Shown: positions 13,354 through 24,976 of the stretch, one piece after another | Position numbering within the stretch: position 1 is the first letter of the stretch | Layout: every line of letters begins with the position of its first letter | Assembly (NCBI GenBank): GCA_002104905.1 | Contig: MCFE01000192.1 | Coordinates: 1-64,000, forward strand | From: Basidiobolus meristosporus CBS 931.73 | Taxonomy: Eukaryota; Fungi; Basidiobolomycota | Length of the DNA: 64,000 nucleotides | Direction of reading: 5' to 3' | Program-made: the position numbers and the translations under genes | The notes under the pieces: generated by a model | Seen by the model: the letters and a program-made list of their open reading frames with translations, nothing else | Databases searched by the model: none | Told to the model about the DNA's origin: nothing

Positions 13354-14100
13354 TTAATCCAACTCTTCAACAGTGGGCTCACTGCTATCGGCACCAGGGA
13401 ATCCACCAGGGGCAGCACCGCCAGGGAATCCTCCTGGAGCAGCACCTGGGGCACCGCCAGCAGCTTGGTACATCTTGGTCATGATGGGGTTGGCAACACC
13501 TTCCAACTCCTTTTGCTTGTCCTCGTATTCCTCCTTGGAGGCTTCTTGGCTGTCATCCAACCAGCTGATGGTGCTGTTGATGGCTTCCTCGAGCTTCTTC
13601 TTGTCATCAGCCTCCAATTGTCCGGCAACCTTCTCGTCTTGAAGGGTGTTGCGGAGAGAGTAGGCATAGGACTCGAGTCCGTTCTTGGCAGAAATACGGG
13701 AGGCGGCAGCTTCATCCTCGGCCTTGTACTTCTCAGCCTCAGACACCATGCGCTCGATATCCTCCTTCGAGAGACGGCCCTTGTCGTTGGTGATGGTGAT
13801 CTTGTTGGAGCGACCAGTGGTCTTGTCCAGAGCAGACACGTTCAAGATACCGTTGGCATCGACGTCGAAGGTGACCTCGATTTGAGGAACGCCACGAGGA
13901 GCAGGTGGAATGCCGGTAAGCTCGAACTTGCCGAGAATGTTGTTGTCCTTGGTACGGGCACGCTCACCTTCAAACACCTGGATCAACACTCCGGGCTGGT
14001 TGTCAGCGTAGGTGGAGAAGGTCTCGGACTTCTTGGTGGGGACAGTGGTGTTTCTCTTGATCAAGGGAGTCATCACTCCTCCGGCGGTCTCAATACCCAA

Positions 14101-14133
<33 letters not shown>

Positions 14134-14248
14134 TTGAGTCTTCTCAGAGGTATCTCCAGACAAGATAGCAGCCTGGACAGCGGCTCCGTAGGCAACAGCC
14201 TCATCGGGGTTGATGGATTTGTTGGGCTCCTTGCCGTTGAAGTAGTCC

Positions 14249-14283
<35 letters not shown>

Positions 14284-15294
14284 TCCTCCAACAAGGACAA
14301 TCTCGTGGACGTTCGATTTGTCGATCTTGGAGTCACGAAGAACCTTCTCAACAGGGTCCATGGTGGAGCGGAACAAGTCTTGGCACAGCTCCTCGAATCT
14401 GGCACGGGTCAGGGAGGTGTAGAAGTCGATACCCTCGAACAAGGAGTCGATCTCAATCGAGGTCTGAGCAGCAGAGGACAGAGTTCTCTTGGCACGCTCA
14501 CAGGCGGTTCTGAGACGACGAAGGGCACGAGCGTTGCTCGACAAGTCCTTCTTGTTCTTGCGCTTGAACTCTTGGACAAAGTGGCTGACGAGGCGGTTGT
14601 CGAAATCTTCACCACCCAAGTGAGTATCACCAGCAGTGGCCTTGACTTCGAAGATGCCATCCTCAATGGTCAAGAGGGAGACATCGAAGGTACCTCCTCC
14701 GAGATCGAAAATGAGGACATTCTTCTCGCCACTGGTCTTTTGGTCAAGACCGTAGGCAATGGCGGCGGCGGTAGGCTCGTTGATGATACGAAGAACGTTC
14801 ATACCAGCAATAGCTCCGGCGTCCTTGGTAGCTTGACGCTGAGAGTCGTTGAAGTAGGCAGGAACGGTGACAACGGCGTTCTTGACCTCACCACCGAGGT
14901 AGGCCTCGGCGGTCTCTCTCATCTTCAACAAGATCATGGAGGAGATTTCTTCGGGAGTGAAGGTCTTGGTCTCACCCTTGTACTCGACTTGGATCAAAGG
15001 CTTGGAGTCCTTCTCGACGACCTTGAAAGGCCAGTGCTTCATGTCGGACTGGACCTCGGAGTCGTTGAAACGACGGCCAATGAGTCGCTTGGCATCGAAC
15101 ACACTGTTGGTGGGGTTCATGGCGACTTGGTTCTTGGCAGCGTCACCAATGAGACGCTCAGAGTCGGTGAAGGCAACATAAGAGGGAGTGGTTCTGTTAC
15201 CCTGGTCGTTGGCAATGATCTCGACACGATCGTTTTGCCAGACACCAACGCAGGAGTAGGTGGTTCCCAAATCAATTCCGACAGCTTTGGACAT
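13354..15294 (-). CDS. HSP70: Cytosolic Hsp70, copy 5 (inverted), intronless, 646 aa
   Basis: Hsp70 signatures on the minus strand; ends VEELD. Confidence 0.99.
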
Positions 15295-15378
15295 GGTGAA
15301 ATGTGTAATTAAGTGTGAATGAAATAGTATGCGATATTAGGATATATTGAATGTCGAACTAGTTAGGCGCTAGTGAGG

Positions 15379-15436
15379 TTTTATACTTTGTTTTTGACAA
15401 AATTCAGGATTTTTCTCACAAATTCCAGCAAGTTCC
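15379..15436 (-). promoter_or_regulatory. TATA box and step-type HSE of Hsp70 copy 5
   Basis: nTTCn at 15402, 15412, 15422 and 15432 on the + strand (GAA on -, 10-bp period); GTATAAAA on - at 15379-15386. Confidence 0.6.
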
Positions 15437-16714
15437 ATTTTGTCAATCAAACATTTCACCAATCATGATAGATGCAGCTATACTTTACACCAAGATTTGG
15501 TAGATTAATACGAGTTAAATCAATTTTCGTCGTTTCGTGATTATCATGTAATTTGAGCGATTATGTGCAGTGAAGGGTTAATGTGTTGGTCTTCATCGTT
15601 ACAGTCTGCACAAAAGAAATTGGATAAAAAGAAAGGATTGTGGCTCGGCTGTATTCCAGGCGAAGTGAACTAAGCAGAAAAAAGGATATTTTGGATTGTA
15701 CATGACTCGTTTCGTAACTTATCAGCCTACTACCTTTTCCATGCCCATTCAGACTCAAAATTGGGAGCAGAACAGCGGCGATGAAAACGCACATGGCTGG
15801 TGCAATATCTAAAATCAAATCAGTCATCATGAATTATATGGGCAAATCACACATCATTGACAGGCAAGACCTGTACCACAATAGCCTGCAGTGCATAGTC
15901 CATGGTCCATAACCCATGAAAACTTACATGTTGAGTGAAACTGAATCAACCGGATAATCGGAATTAGTAGTTCTATGTCGCCACGACTGACCATTTACCA
16001 CGCACTACGGACCATTTACTACTCACTCCTTGACCAACACATGATACAGGTAAGAAAGCAGCGGTTGAAATACTGATTGTCCTTATATGAGATTCTGTCA
16101 CACAATGGTTTTATCACACAAATTAAATGGACACATACACACCCAAGCCATTCCGTTAGCATGCACAATCTGCCTCAACACAGAAACTATGGAACATGGA
16201 GATTGCCTCGTCATTCCATCACGTAATGTAGCATCCAGAAGGTATTGATCGGAACCTCTCGTCATTTGGCTGATCGCAATCCCTTTAGTAATCCCTCGTT
16301 GCCGACACCCGTAGCAAGGGCAAGGAAAGGCCAGGTTGGGCACTGTGAAAGTACTTTCGCCCCACTCTCTATGGGCGACCGATCTGAACATCTAGGGCAC
16401 TATTGGTGATAAGAGATAAGATAGTGGCCAGATGGCTAGCGCCAACCCTATAAATTCGTTTATCCCAGATCTGTCCAAGCAGTTGCTGTTTATTTATCCC
16501 AAAATTGATGTGTGATGGGGAGAGGAGCTTTTGAGGCGGATGATAATCCATGAAAGGAAGATATGCTTTTGTACAATGTGCGTGAGCTGTAGTATGATAT
16601 GGAAACAAAAGAGATGGACGAATGAGAAAGAATACTTCGATACAGTACATATGCAATATAAACGGAATGTCAGTTCAAGTCGTACGCCAACCAGAGGAAA
16701 TCTCAACCGGTCCC

Positions 16715-17550
16715 CTAGCCGATTGGCTTTGTCCGATCCAAGTGCTGCCTCGATACGTTGAGGATACTATTTGTAGTGTCGAAGCAGAACATGTCCGCAG
16801 GTGGCAGGAATCTCTCCTGGAAGTTGCTGTGCGAATACCGGGGAAGGGCTGCTGTATCCACGCTCATCCTTCTTTCTTGGATTGATGGGAGCTTTGGAAG
16901 GTGGAATCGGTCATCCGTTGGGGTGGAAGGGAAGGACCGAGGAACGCCAGCAGGCGTGTGCTCGAAAAAGAAGTAGTTCACATCTCCCTGGGCCCCCTGG
17001 TGATTGTGACTATCTTTGCTGGTATCCGAGCACACGCTGGACCGACGATGGCCTCGACGCGATTTGGAAGACATGTGGGTGCGATAATGTTGCATCATGT
17101 TGTCTTGCCGGGAAAACCTCGATGGGCATCCAGGCATCAAGCATGGAAAGTTCTTTTCGCCCGTATGTATGCGATTGTGTCGAGCTAGATGCCCACTGGA
17201 GATGGCTACGAGTTAGTCAACCTGCTTACAAATTGCCATGCAGGGAAACATGCATACCTTGTGGTGAAGCTCCGGAAGCAGCCCGGGTAGTTGCACTTGT
17301 ACTTTCTTCGGGATTGAATCGAGCTCGTGTCTGCGTTAGAGAAATTCGACTTCAGTGGCGAGGGAATTGGAGTAGAGTCGCTGGGCGAAGGAGAGGGTGA
17401 CGTGGAGTGGGCGGAAGCCATGTCATCATTCAGCAGGCTCACAATCTGGCCGTCTGATGTGGTGATGGATAGGCTTGACTTTCTCTCCTCACGGAAGTTA
17501 AGGACCAACTTCTGCTCAGAAGTCGAGTGGTCTTCACCAGCATGTACCAT
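16715..17550 (-). CDS. Two-finger C2H2 transcription factor, Nrg1-like; 2 exons (intron 17196-17257)
   Basis: Spliced [55 protein letters not shown] matches the fungal Nrg1-type finger pair. Confidence 0.85.
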
Positions 17551-20500
17551 TTTCGGGAATTAATTAATTATAGAAATATAGGAAGAGGAATATTAATGAC
17601 GGAGGGAAAGCAGGGTGAGGTGATCAAGCAACAGGACAAGTTTGAAAGATGGCTAGCCAGGAGGGACGCTTTTATATTTCATGTGAGATTCCTGTAAACT
17701 GGTTGAAATCAACGTGAATCCGCCGAATTTGTCAAGCGACCAAATAGAGCGAATCTAAAATCCTTCCCAATAAGGAATATCCTCCTGCTTACCTTCGAGC
17801 ATCCTATGTATTGGTGTAGCCGCCGGCTCCTGCAACAGTCGGATAATATCCATGATTCGCAACCCTCCAAATCCCATGTTTCCCTCCAGGCGAATCTTCG
17901 ATGGTTTCGTTGTGCACAGTGATTCAGGAACATACTGGATTTCGCCAGGAATAAGGCAGCAGCGTCTCTCAGGCAGGCATATTAACCTTTCATCATGATT
18001 ACTGGCATCGCAAGATCGACAAACCCATGGCCTAATCAACACCAACCGATGGGAAAACGGTCGGTCCTCGCAAGGCACGCTGCCATAAACCAATGGAAGC
18101 CGGATCTCTACCGCCCACTGACTCTATCGCTGACCAGAGTGACCAATATAGTTTATCGTGGCATCCACTTCTCGGTCACCGCACCATCCATTTTAGGGGC
18201 TAGCGGGTTCCAAGAACAGTGGGTTATGGTGAGAGAGTTCTGAAATGTTGGGGGAAAGATGGAGCATAGATGGGAATGAATTGATCTCAATGAATTGATC
18301 TCAATCTGGCCATAGATCGGTAAAATTCTGATCGTGGTCGAAGGGAGACAAGGTTTGGGTGGCTTGAAAGGGTAACGCTGCTAAACCATCCGCGGCTCAA
18401 AATGGCCAGTAATATGTACTTAGTGATATGTGCTTAGAACGACCAGTGATATGGCCTGATTAGCTACAGTACTCACGATTCGCATGCAAGGATAAACTAT
18501 CCCTTACGTTGCACACGGTGTGGTCACACATTATTTCAAGAAGATAGGTGGTCGTACATTATATCAACTAGATAGCGGGCGGGTCCTTGAATGGATTTCC
18601 TGAAATTCCCAAATACGGCCCCAGGAATGACGAGGTCCGATACTCGCTGTAAAGCCTTTCATTTGGCCTTCAGCAGCTCCGTAGCCCTGTACAACGAAAG
18701 GAGGTCTCCCGTGTCTTTCTGTTTGTTGGGACGAGATGCCTGCCTCAACCTCGACCTTGGCCCTTCTCTTCCTTTCCTCAAAAAGTCAATTCGCAATGAT
18801 CGCAGTCGACCGTAAAATGGAAAAATTCCAGGATCGCTCTTGAAACAAACTAGGTTAGCCTTACATGTCATGCTATTATTAATCCAACGATGGGCCTGTA
18901 GAGCGGCATCGCCAGTCGCTCATCCGTGTAAATGAGGACTCGGTACAGCCATTGCAATTTCCGTGACAGATGGCTCCGTATAGCTATCTCAACCCTCTCC
19001 CCAAAGCCTCTCTTTATGTCACCAAATGATATCATCCATGGCTTCTGAGTCACTTCGCTGCTACATTTCTGATCTGAACCTCGCCATTGCCCTACTGACG
19101 AAAAGATGATAATCCTGGGGATTACCCCCAATTTCAAAATCAAGGGGTGAGGTCTTACACGAGACGTCCCTGTGGAACGGTTCTCTAGGAGACATTTCTC
19201 AGACACCGCCCTGGCAAAAAGACTCGAGGCTCCTCACACCCAATCCCCCTAGGCCATCACCAAATTCCGGTTTTATCGTAGCAATGGGTTCCTATCGCAA
19301 TGAAGCTTTCCGGGCCTATACGAGAATAGCGATGCAACCCGTTGTGCTGGCTTTGGCTGCCCCGTCGATTCCCGCCCATTCCGCTCTCGCCCTTGATCTC
19401 CAACCATTCTTGTGACGAGGCGTCTCCCTTGATCTCCACGCATTCTAATGATGAAGCAAATCCCAAGAAGCTCTACGCTAATGGAAATTCGCGCCGTTTT
19501 CCAAATCTCGATATTTGCAGAGTCTAGACTCTGAGCATGAAAGATCTAATCGAGATCGTTGGGTTGACCATTCGCTAGCCAATCATGGGCATGTAGCGCC
19601 GACTAGATTTAGATGAATGTGTTGAATGCTAATTGGAGTATGGGATTCGAGCATTCTACAGAATGCCCAAAGTGACACCCAGGAACTTTGCCATAGCACA
19701 TGCGCATAGAATGCCTAAAGTGATCACTAGTCCTTAATTAAGCTTAAGTTGGATGCGAAGGTCTGCATGGAGTGGACAGCTTTGTATCAGCCGCAAGTAT
19801 CTACAAATTCATACATCCCAAAGCTCCAGCACAAGCAAGCGATCGCGATGTAGTTTTCTATTTTCGTCTTTATCGTTATCATATCTGTGATGCCTAGAGT
19901 CGGTCAAAACGGAGCGTTTTCTTGGCGGGTGGAGAGCTAGAGCAGGCTTTTCATATATCCTGATTCCGAGTTGTGGTGGGCGAATGGTTCCAGCAACCCA
20001 TTCATATGCACTAGCAACCAACAACTCGATCTGACCAGGTGGTGATCCATGGCATGTGATCGCGTCCCGGGCTCCAATTGAACAAATTGTTGCGCGACCA
20101 GATTGCGACCAGGATGACTGAACGAATATCCTAATCAAGTCTCGCAGTTACGTTCGAACCGACGGCTCGTGGATTATCCCCCTGCCATGCCGCAACACTT
20201 TCGATGATGCGAGATAATCATGGCATTGTTTCACGGTTCAGGCTAAATCCCAGGCAAGAGACACCCTGAGTTAATATGACGGCCATCACTCTGGGATCAT
20301 CTGGATTGCCGTTCCCTCAACAACACTGATGCCATTCGCTTGGGATTAGCAACACTATTGGCTGCTCAGTCCATCTGCCCGAAACCACAGATGTCCCGTG
20401 TAATGCAGCAGAAGATTCCCTCTTATCGCCTTTTCTCCGACGAATGATATTTACTTCATCTGGGCGTATATAGAGCGTTCCTGTTCGCCAGTGATGATGG

Positions 20501-21585
20501 TGTGCGATGAAGAACCTTGTTTGTGCGCCAACGCTTCGCACCTATCCTATAATCCATCTGGACCTAGTCGGGTTCGAGCAATGATGTGAACAAGGCCCCA
20601 GAAGCAGTTGAACTCCACCCTCATCATTCCAATGGAATGGCCAAGTTTCATTTGGAGTGCACATACGTTACGTTGATGTGCATTGTTTCAAGAAGGCTGG
20701 GGTAAACCCTTGTGCACATATTGATTTTTCCTTTGAACTGTGTTGCTGGCGGTCTTACATACAAGACTATTCATGCTAATCTCCATCCTTCCAAATCTCA
20801 CATTGGCTGTACGGTTTCAAATAAACGTCACACCAGGCTACAGTGGAATCCCAAGCTGTATAGATAGCGCTTCCAAGTAACATGCGCGCTATTGGCCATG
20901 TCTTACGGCAACATGGTCAGATGGTACTGGAATAGCCCTCTTCTGATATACTGATTAGCGCATATGGTATTAGAGGAATTATACGAATATGGAAATGCAA
21001 TGTCAATCCGTCCAACTGCAACTGTAGTGATGCAAGTGGGTTGCTGCTCTTGCGAATGGTGGCCACTGATGTATTTATTCGTTGGGTTGGTACGAGGGTA
21101 CTAGATCAAGCTAGATCGCAAACAAGCGCACAATGGTTACTTACTCGTGACCACTTATGATTGTAGGGGGCCATGGGTGGGCGAGATAGACTACCTACGC
21201 TGTACATATATACTTACGCCAGGCCACCCTCCCTGCATATACCTAATCTTAGGTCTTGCTCTTTGTCTTACCTTTCTAAAACCTTTGGGGCTCTAGAAAT
21301 GGGTGCGGAGACTCCGGCCCACGAAGGTGCACAAGGCCGTTACTTATATAACCATTGCGGGCGCTCCAGCTTTTTGCACTGAAGAGTCTCCTCATTCAGT
21401 GCTGGCATATAGCAGTGTCTTCGGTTTCCCCGGTGTAGGAATTAGCTTCTTCCCGCACTTAATAAAGATCCGCACAATGAATTTATTTGGGGAAACAATC
21501 GTCCTGCATCCCTTTGTCTCATAGGGGATTGAGTTGGCATGAAAAAATTGATTGATCAGATGCCTGAATTGGTTATCAACGGCTA

Positions 21586-22579
21586 ATGATGCAGCCAAGC
21601 TGTCATCCTATAAGCATGTCGCGTTTGTTTCTTACCAAACACCAATTGCCTAGTTTCAATATCTCTCAACGACAAAATTTTCACTCCGCTGTAACAACCA
21701 CACTGTACACCATGAGCAGCTGTCGTCAGGATAGTTGTGCGAATGCGACTTTTCAGGAAGATGTAAATAATATAACTAGTAATTTGGTAGAGCTCAAACT
21801 CTCTCCTCCGGATGAGAAGCAAGCATCCAACCAGAAAGATGAACTACAGAAAAAACAAGCTCCAAACAAACCTCTACGAAAGGGTAGAATTCTGACGACC
21901 CAGCAAAGAGCCCAGCCCCCAAATCGCACTAGCCCAACACAACTTAGACTTGCCATACGAACAGCCAAGTCTTCCAACAAGAACTTATTGGTGCTTGACT
22001 TGAATGGTACTTTGTTGTAAGTACCTTATCGCGATCTCATAGGAAACGCTATACGTACGTTGCTCACAACTCACACCTAGAATTCGTAACAAAAAATCCA
22101 AAGCGATCTACCTAAGGCCGCACGTTCCGGAGTTTATTGACTTCATTCTAAGCAAATTTTCGGTGCTAGTCTGGAGCTCCGCAATGCCTGTTAACGTCGA
22201 CCGAATGGTTGTTCACGTGTTTGAGCAACGCCATTCGCAACTCTTTGATATCTGGAATAGGACCCATCTCCGGTTAAGTCGCGAGGCATATAAAAAGAAG
22301 GTCGATGTGATCAAGGATTTATCCTGGGTATGGGAGAGATACCCTCAGTGGAATGGAACAAACACGATTCTGATAGACGATACTCCCTTTAAGGGTCAGT
22401 TGCAACCTTTTAACCATATCTGTCTAAGTGAATTCCTCAAAGATGACACGGACGACAAGGAGTTGCCAAATTTGAAGGCGTATCTAGAAGCCATGCTGGA
22501 TAGTGGCAATAGCGATGTAAGAGAATATATTGAACACCACAAGTACACACCCACGAAGCCAGTCGCCATCGAGAAATAA
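21586..22579 (+). CDS. NIF/FCP1-like HAD-family domain protein; 2 exons (intron 22017-22080)
   Basis: LLVLDLNGTL, YLRPHVPEF, VLVWSSA and TILIDDTPFK motifs join in frame across a GT..AG intron. Start codon uncertain (several upstream ATGs). Confidence 0.8.
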
Positions 22580-22759
22580 GCAGCGTGTATATCCCCTTCC
22601 CCTTCCCCACCTCAGACACGAGTATTTGGCACATGAGAAATTTGATGTCTTTAATTAAATAAAATCATTGATCTTTTGGGATCCCAGATTTACTTTGGAC
22701 TATATGTTATGAGAGTATGTAAAGTGGTGATCAAGAAAATCGAAGGCTAGCCGGGCAAA

Positions 22760-23631
22760 TTAGGCTCTGGCAGCGATCTTTTGGACGTCAGTCAGGCATT
22801 GAGCGAGAATCTCATCTTGAGTCTTGGGGTCGGCAAGTTGAGCCTTGACGGATTCGATCACACTCTGAGCAAGATCCTTCTGCTCTCTTTCACGGACGGT
22901 GTTCTCATATCTAACCCAAGAGTCAAGGACGCTCTTGATCTCAGATGAGACGGCAGCCTTTTGCTTGAGTTCGAAAGCCTCGGCTTCAAGACGAGCCATC
23001 TCCTTGGACATGACAAACAAATTCTTGGTGACATCGACGATGTCTTGAAGTTGGTTCACTTCGTTGACTCTCTCGTTGACTGAAACCTTGTGGTCCTCAC
23101 GAGCTTGAACCAAAATATCACGAACGCGGTTGATGTGACCCTCGGCCCACTCGTTGTAGGGTTGCTTCATGATCTTAAGGAGGTAGGTCACGATACCGAT
23201 GAAGGAGCCCAAGACCAAAGTTTCCTCGTTGAAAACGTAGATTTCCTTGGAGATGGCCCAAGTGATGATACCAGCACCCACGGTGATGTAGCCAGTCTTG
23301 CTGATGAAGGAGTTTCCGGGAAGGGCATCAATAATGCTTTGAGCCTTTTGCTGGGGCTCGACTTGCTTCTCTATACATATACCGGGGAAAACTTAATGTC
23401 CTGTCCACACCACCCAACATATTCAACTAGGCCCTAACCTTCTTTGGCGGTGGAGTAGTTTCTGACCAAAGCGGAGGTGGCAGAGCGTCTACCGAGAACG
23501 GAAGAGGTCAAAGCAAGATTTCTGAGGGCTAGAGGGGTTATTAATACGACGCTCGTCCGAAACCTTGGGGATTCCCCGTTCGTCAACGGATACTTACCAG
23601 GAGCGGTTCTGGTGGTGAATCTTAAAGCCAT
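22760..23631 (-). CDS. ATP4: Mitochondrial ATP synthase subunit b (subunit 4); 3 exons
   Basis: Presequence MALRFTTRTAP..; PQQKAQSIIDALPGNSFISKTG, ISKEIYVFNEET, KSVLDSWVRYE..REREQK motifs. Confidence 0.95.
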
Positions 23632-24158
23632 ATTTCTATAACAGGTAATTTGGGTTAAAGAGTGTAAAGGAGGTGGGTGTGCTGTGGAGTCAACTGAGGA
23701 GCAAGAGTCTTCAGGTGTTAAATCTACTGGGATATATTTACACAACAAATTCTACACTACCTTAGAAAACTTTCGTTGGGCACAAACGGGGAATTGAGCG
23801 AACCGCTACAAAACGTTCATCTCCTCCCAATGTTGGGGAATGAAAATTGGGGGCTCATTCGTGGGCATCAGGTCACGTGACGCTCCACAGATTCGAACAA
23901 TTGGGGTGAAATCGTGGTCACTGAATTGAACTCCAGTCTAGTTGCCTGTTAGTTGGCATCTTTCCCCCAGAAACCTAGTGAGATCCTCCCTCCCCCAATG
24001 TGGTAGAAATGCCAGATTGATTAATGTGGTAAGGAGGCTGGTGATTTCCAGGCCGAGCAAACGAAACCACAATTCTAATCAGACTGTTGCCAAATAATAT
24101 GATTGGAGTTGGACTGGGATGGGATGGATTGCTTTTATTTATACATCAACAACACAGA

Positions 24159-24536
24159 TTATTGCACAAATTTAAGAGCAATGTGAAGCTCGCCGGCATC
24201 CTTGCCTTTCTTGTCCTGAATGGGATACCACTTGTCGACCTCCGAGCCGCTGGAGAATACTTCATTGAGTGGGATGCTAATGCTCCCAATGAGCTCGTCC
24301 TTGCCGGTGCGTTCTTTATCAAGGCATTCTACTTGTAATTCGTTGTTGCCTTCATAGACATCAAAGGTGAATCTCTGTTGCCAAGCGGGGTTCAAAGTAT
24401 CTTTCTTCGAGTCCGTCTGCTGCTTATTGGCGCTGTCAAGGTGGAGCACCAAGTATGGGTCGCTCTTTCCCATAAATTCAACATTCTTGAGGTTTTTGCC
24501 TTCAATGGCGAAGATGTGAAGAGTTCCGCGAGGCAT
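24159..24536 (-). CDS. Single C2-domain protein, intronless
   Basis: GTLHIFAIEGKNL..GKSDPYL..KKDTLNPAW..F.F..ECLDKE..DELIG; likely start at MPRG (24536). Confidence 0.9.
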   Translation of the reverse strand: MPRGTLHIFAIEGKNLKNVEFMGKSDPYLVLHLDSANKQQTDSKKDTLNPAWQQRFTFDVYEGNNELQVECLDKERTGKDELIGSISIPLNEVFSSGSEVDKWYPIQDKKGKDAGELHIALKFVQ

Positions 24537-24849
24537 GGTTTTATTGTCAAATGGAATGAAAGGTGGCTTGGCCCTCAATCCTCGCTTGCTGTATGTATTT
24601 ATACTTCCAGCGAGGTCCGCTTGGCATCTCGCTGGCCAATCACATCACCCACTTTCAATTAAATCGTCATGCTGCCTACGACGTTGCCAAATTTTGGTTG
24701 GTATCTCCCTGGCAATTCAAACTGCACTTGCATTCATGCCTTCACGTCATCTAATCCAAGCTTAATTCCAAACTAGGTGGTGGCTAATGACGTCTCTACA
24801 CTGTCAACGTCGGGTTACGTCACGACAGCGATTTGATATGATTGATCCG

Positions 24850-24940
24850 AGTAGTTGTCAATATTGTTGTATTAGTAGTTGTCAATATTGTTGTATTAGT
24901 AGTTGTCAGTATTGTTGTATTAGTAGTTGTCAATATTGTT
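24850..24940. repeat. 24-bp minisatellite, about 3.8 units
   Basis: AGTAGTTGTCAATATTGTTGTATT at 24850, 24874, 24898 (one A>G) and a partial unit at 24922. Confidence 0.95.
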
Positions 24941-24976
24941 TCCAAATAAAATTATTAAATAAACACAAATTCGATA

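Noticed and set aside
1771-15312. Very long antisense ORFs (445-653 aa) opposite every Hsp70 copy
   Set aside because: Known codon-bias shadow of Hsp70 genes, historically misannotated as an antisense NAD-glutamate dehydrogenase. They mirror the sense frame, have no motifs and break where copy 2 uses A/T-ending codons.
15561-15990. Short minus-strand ORFs, including a CTAGYCGTGLACQ stretch faintly like a chitin-binding module
   Set aside because: Too few cysteines, no signal peptide and no consistent splice model.
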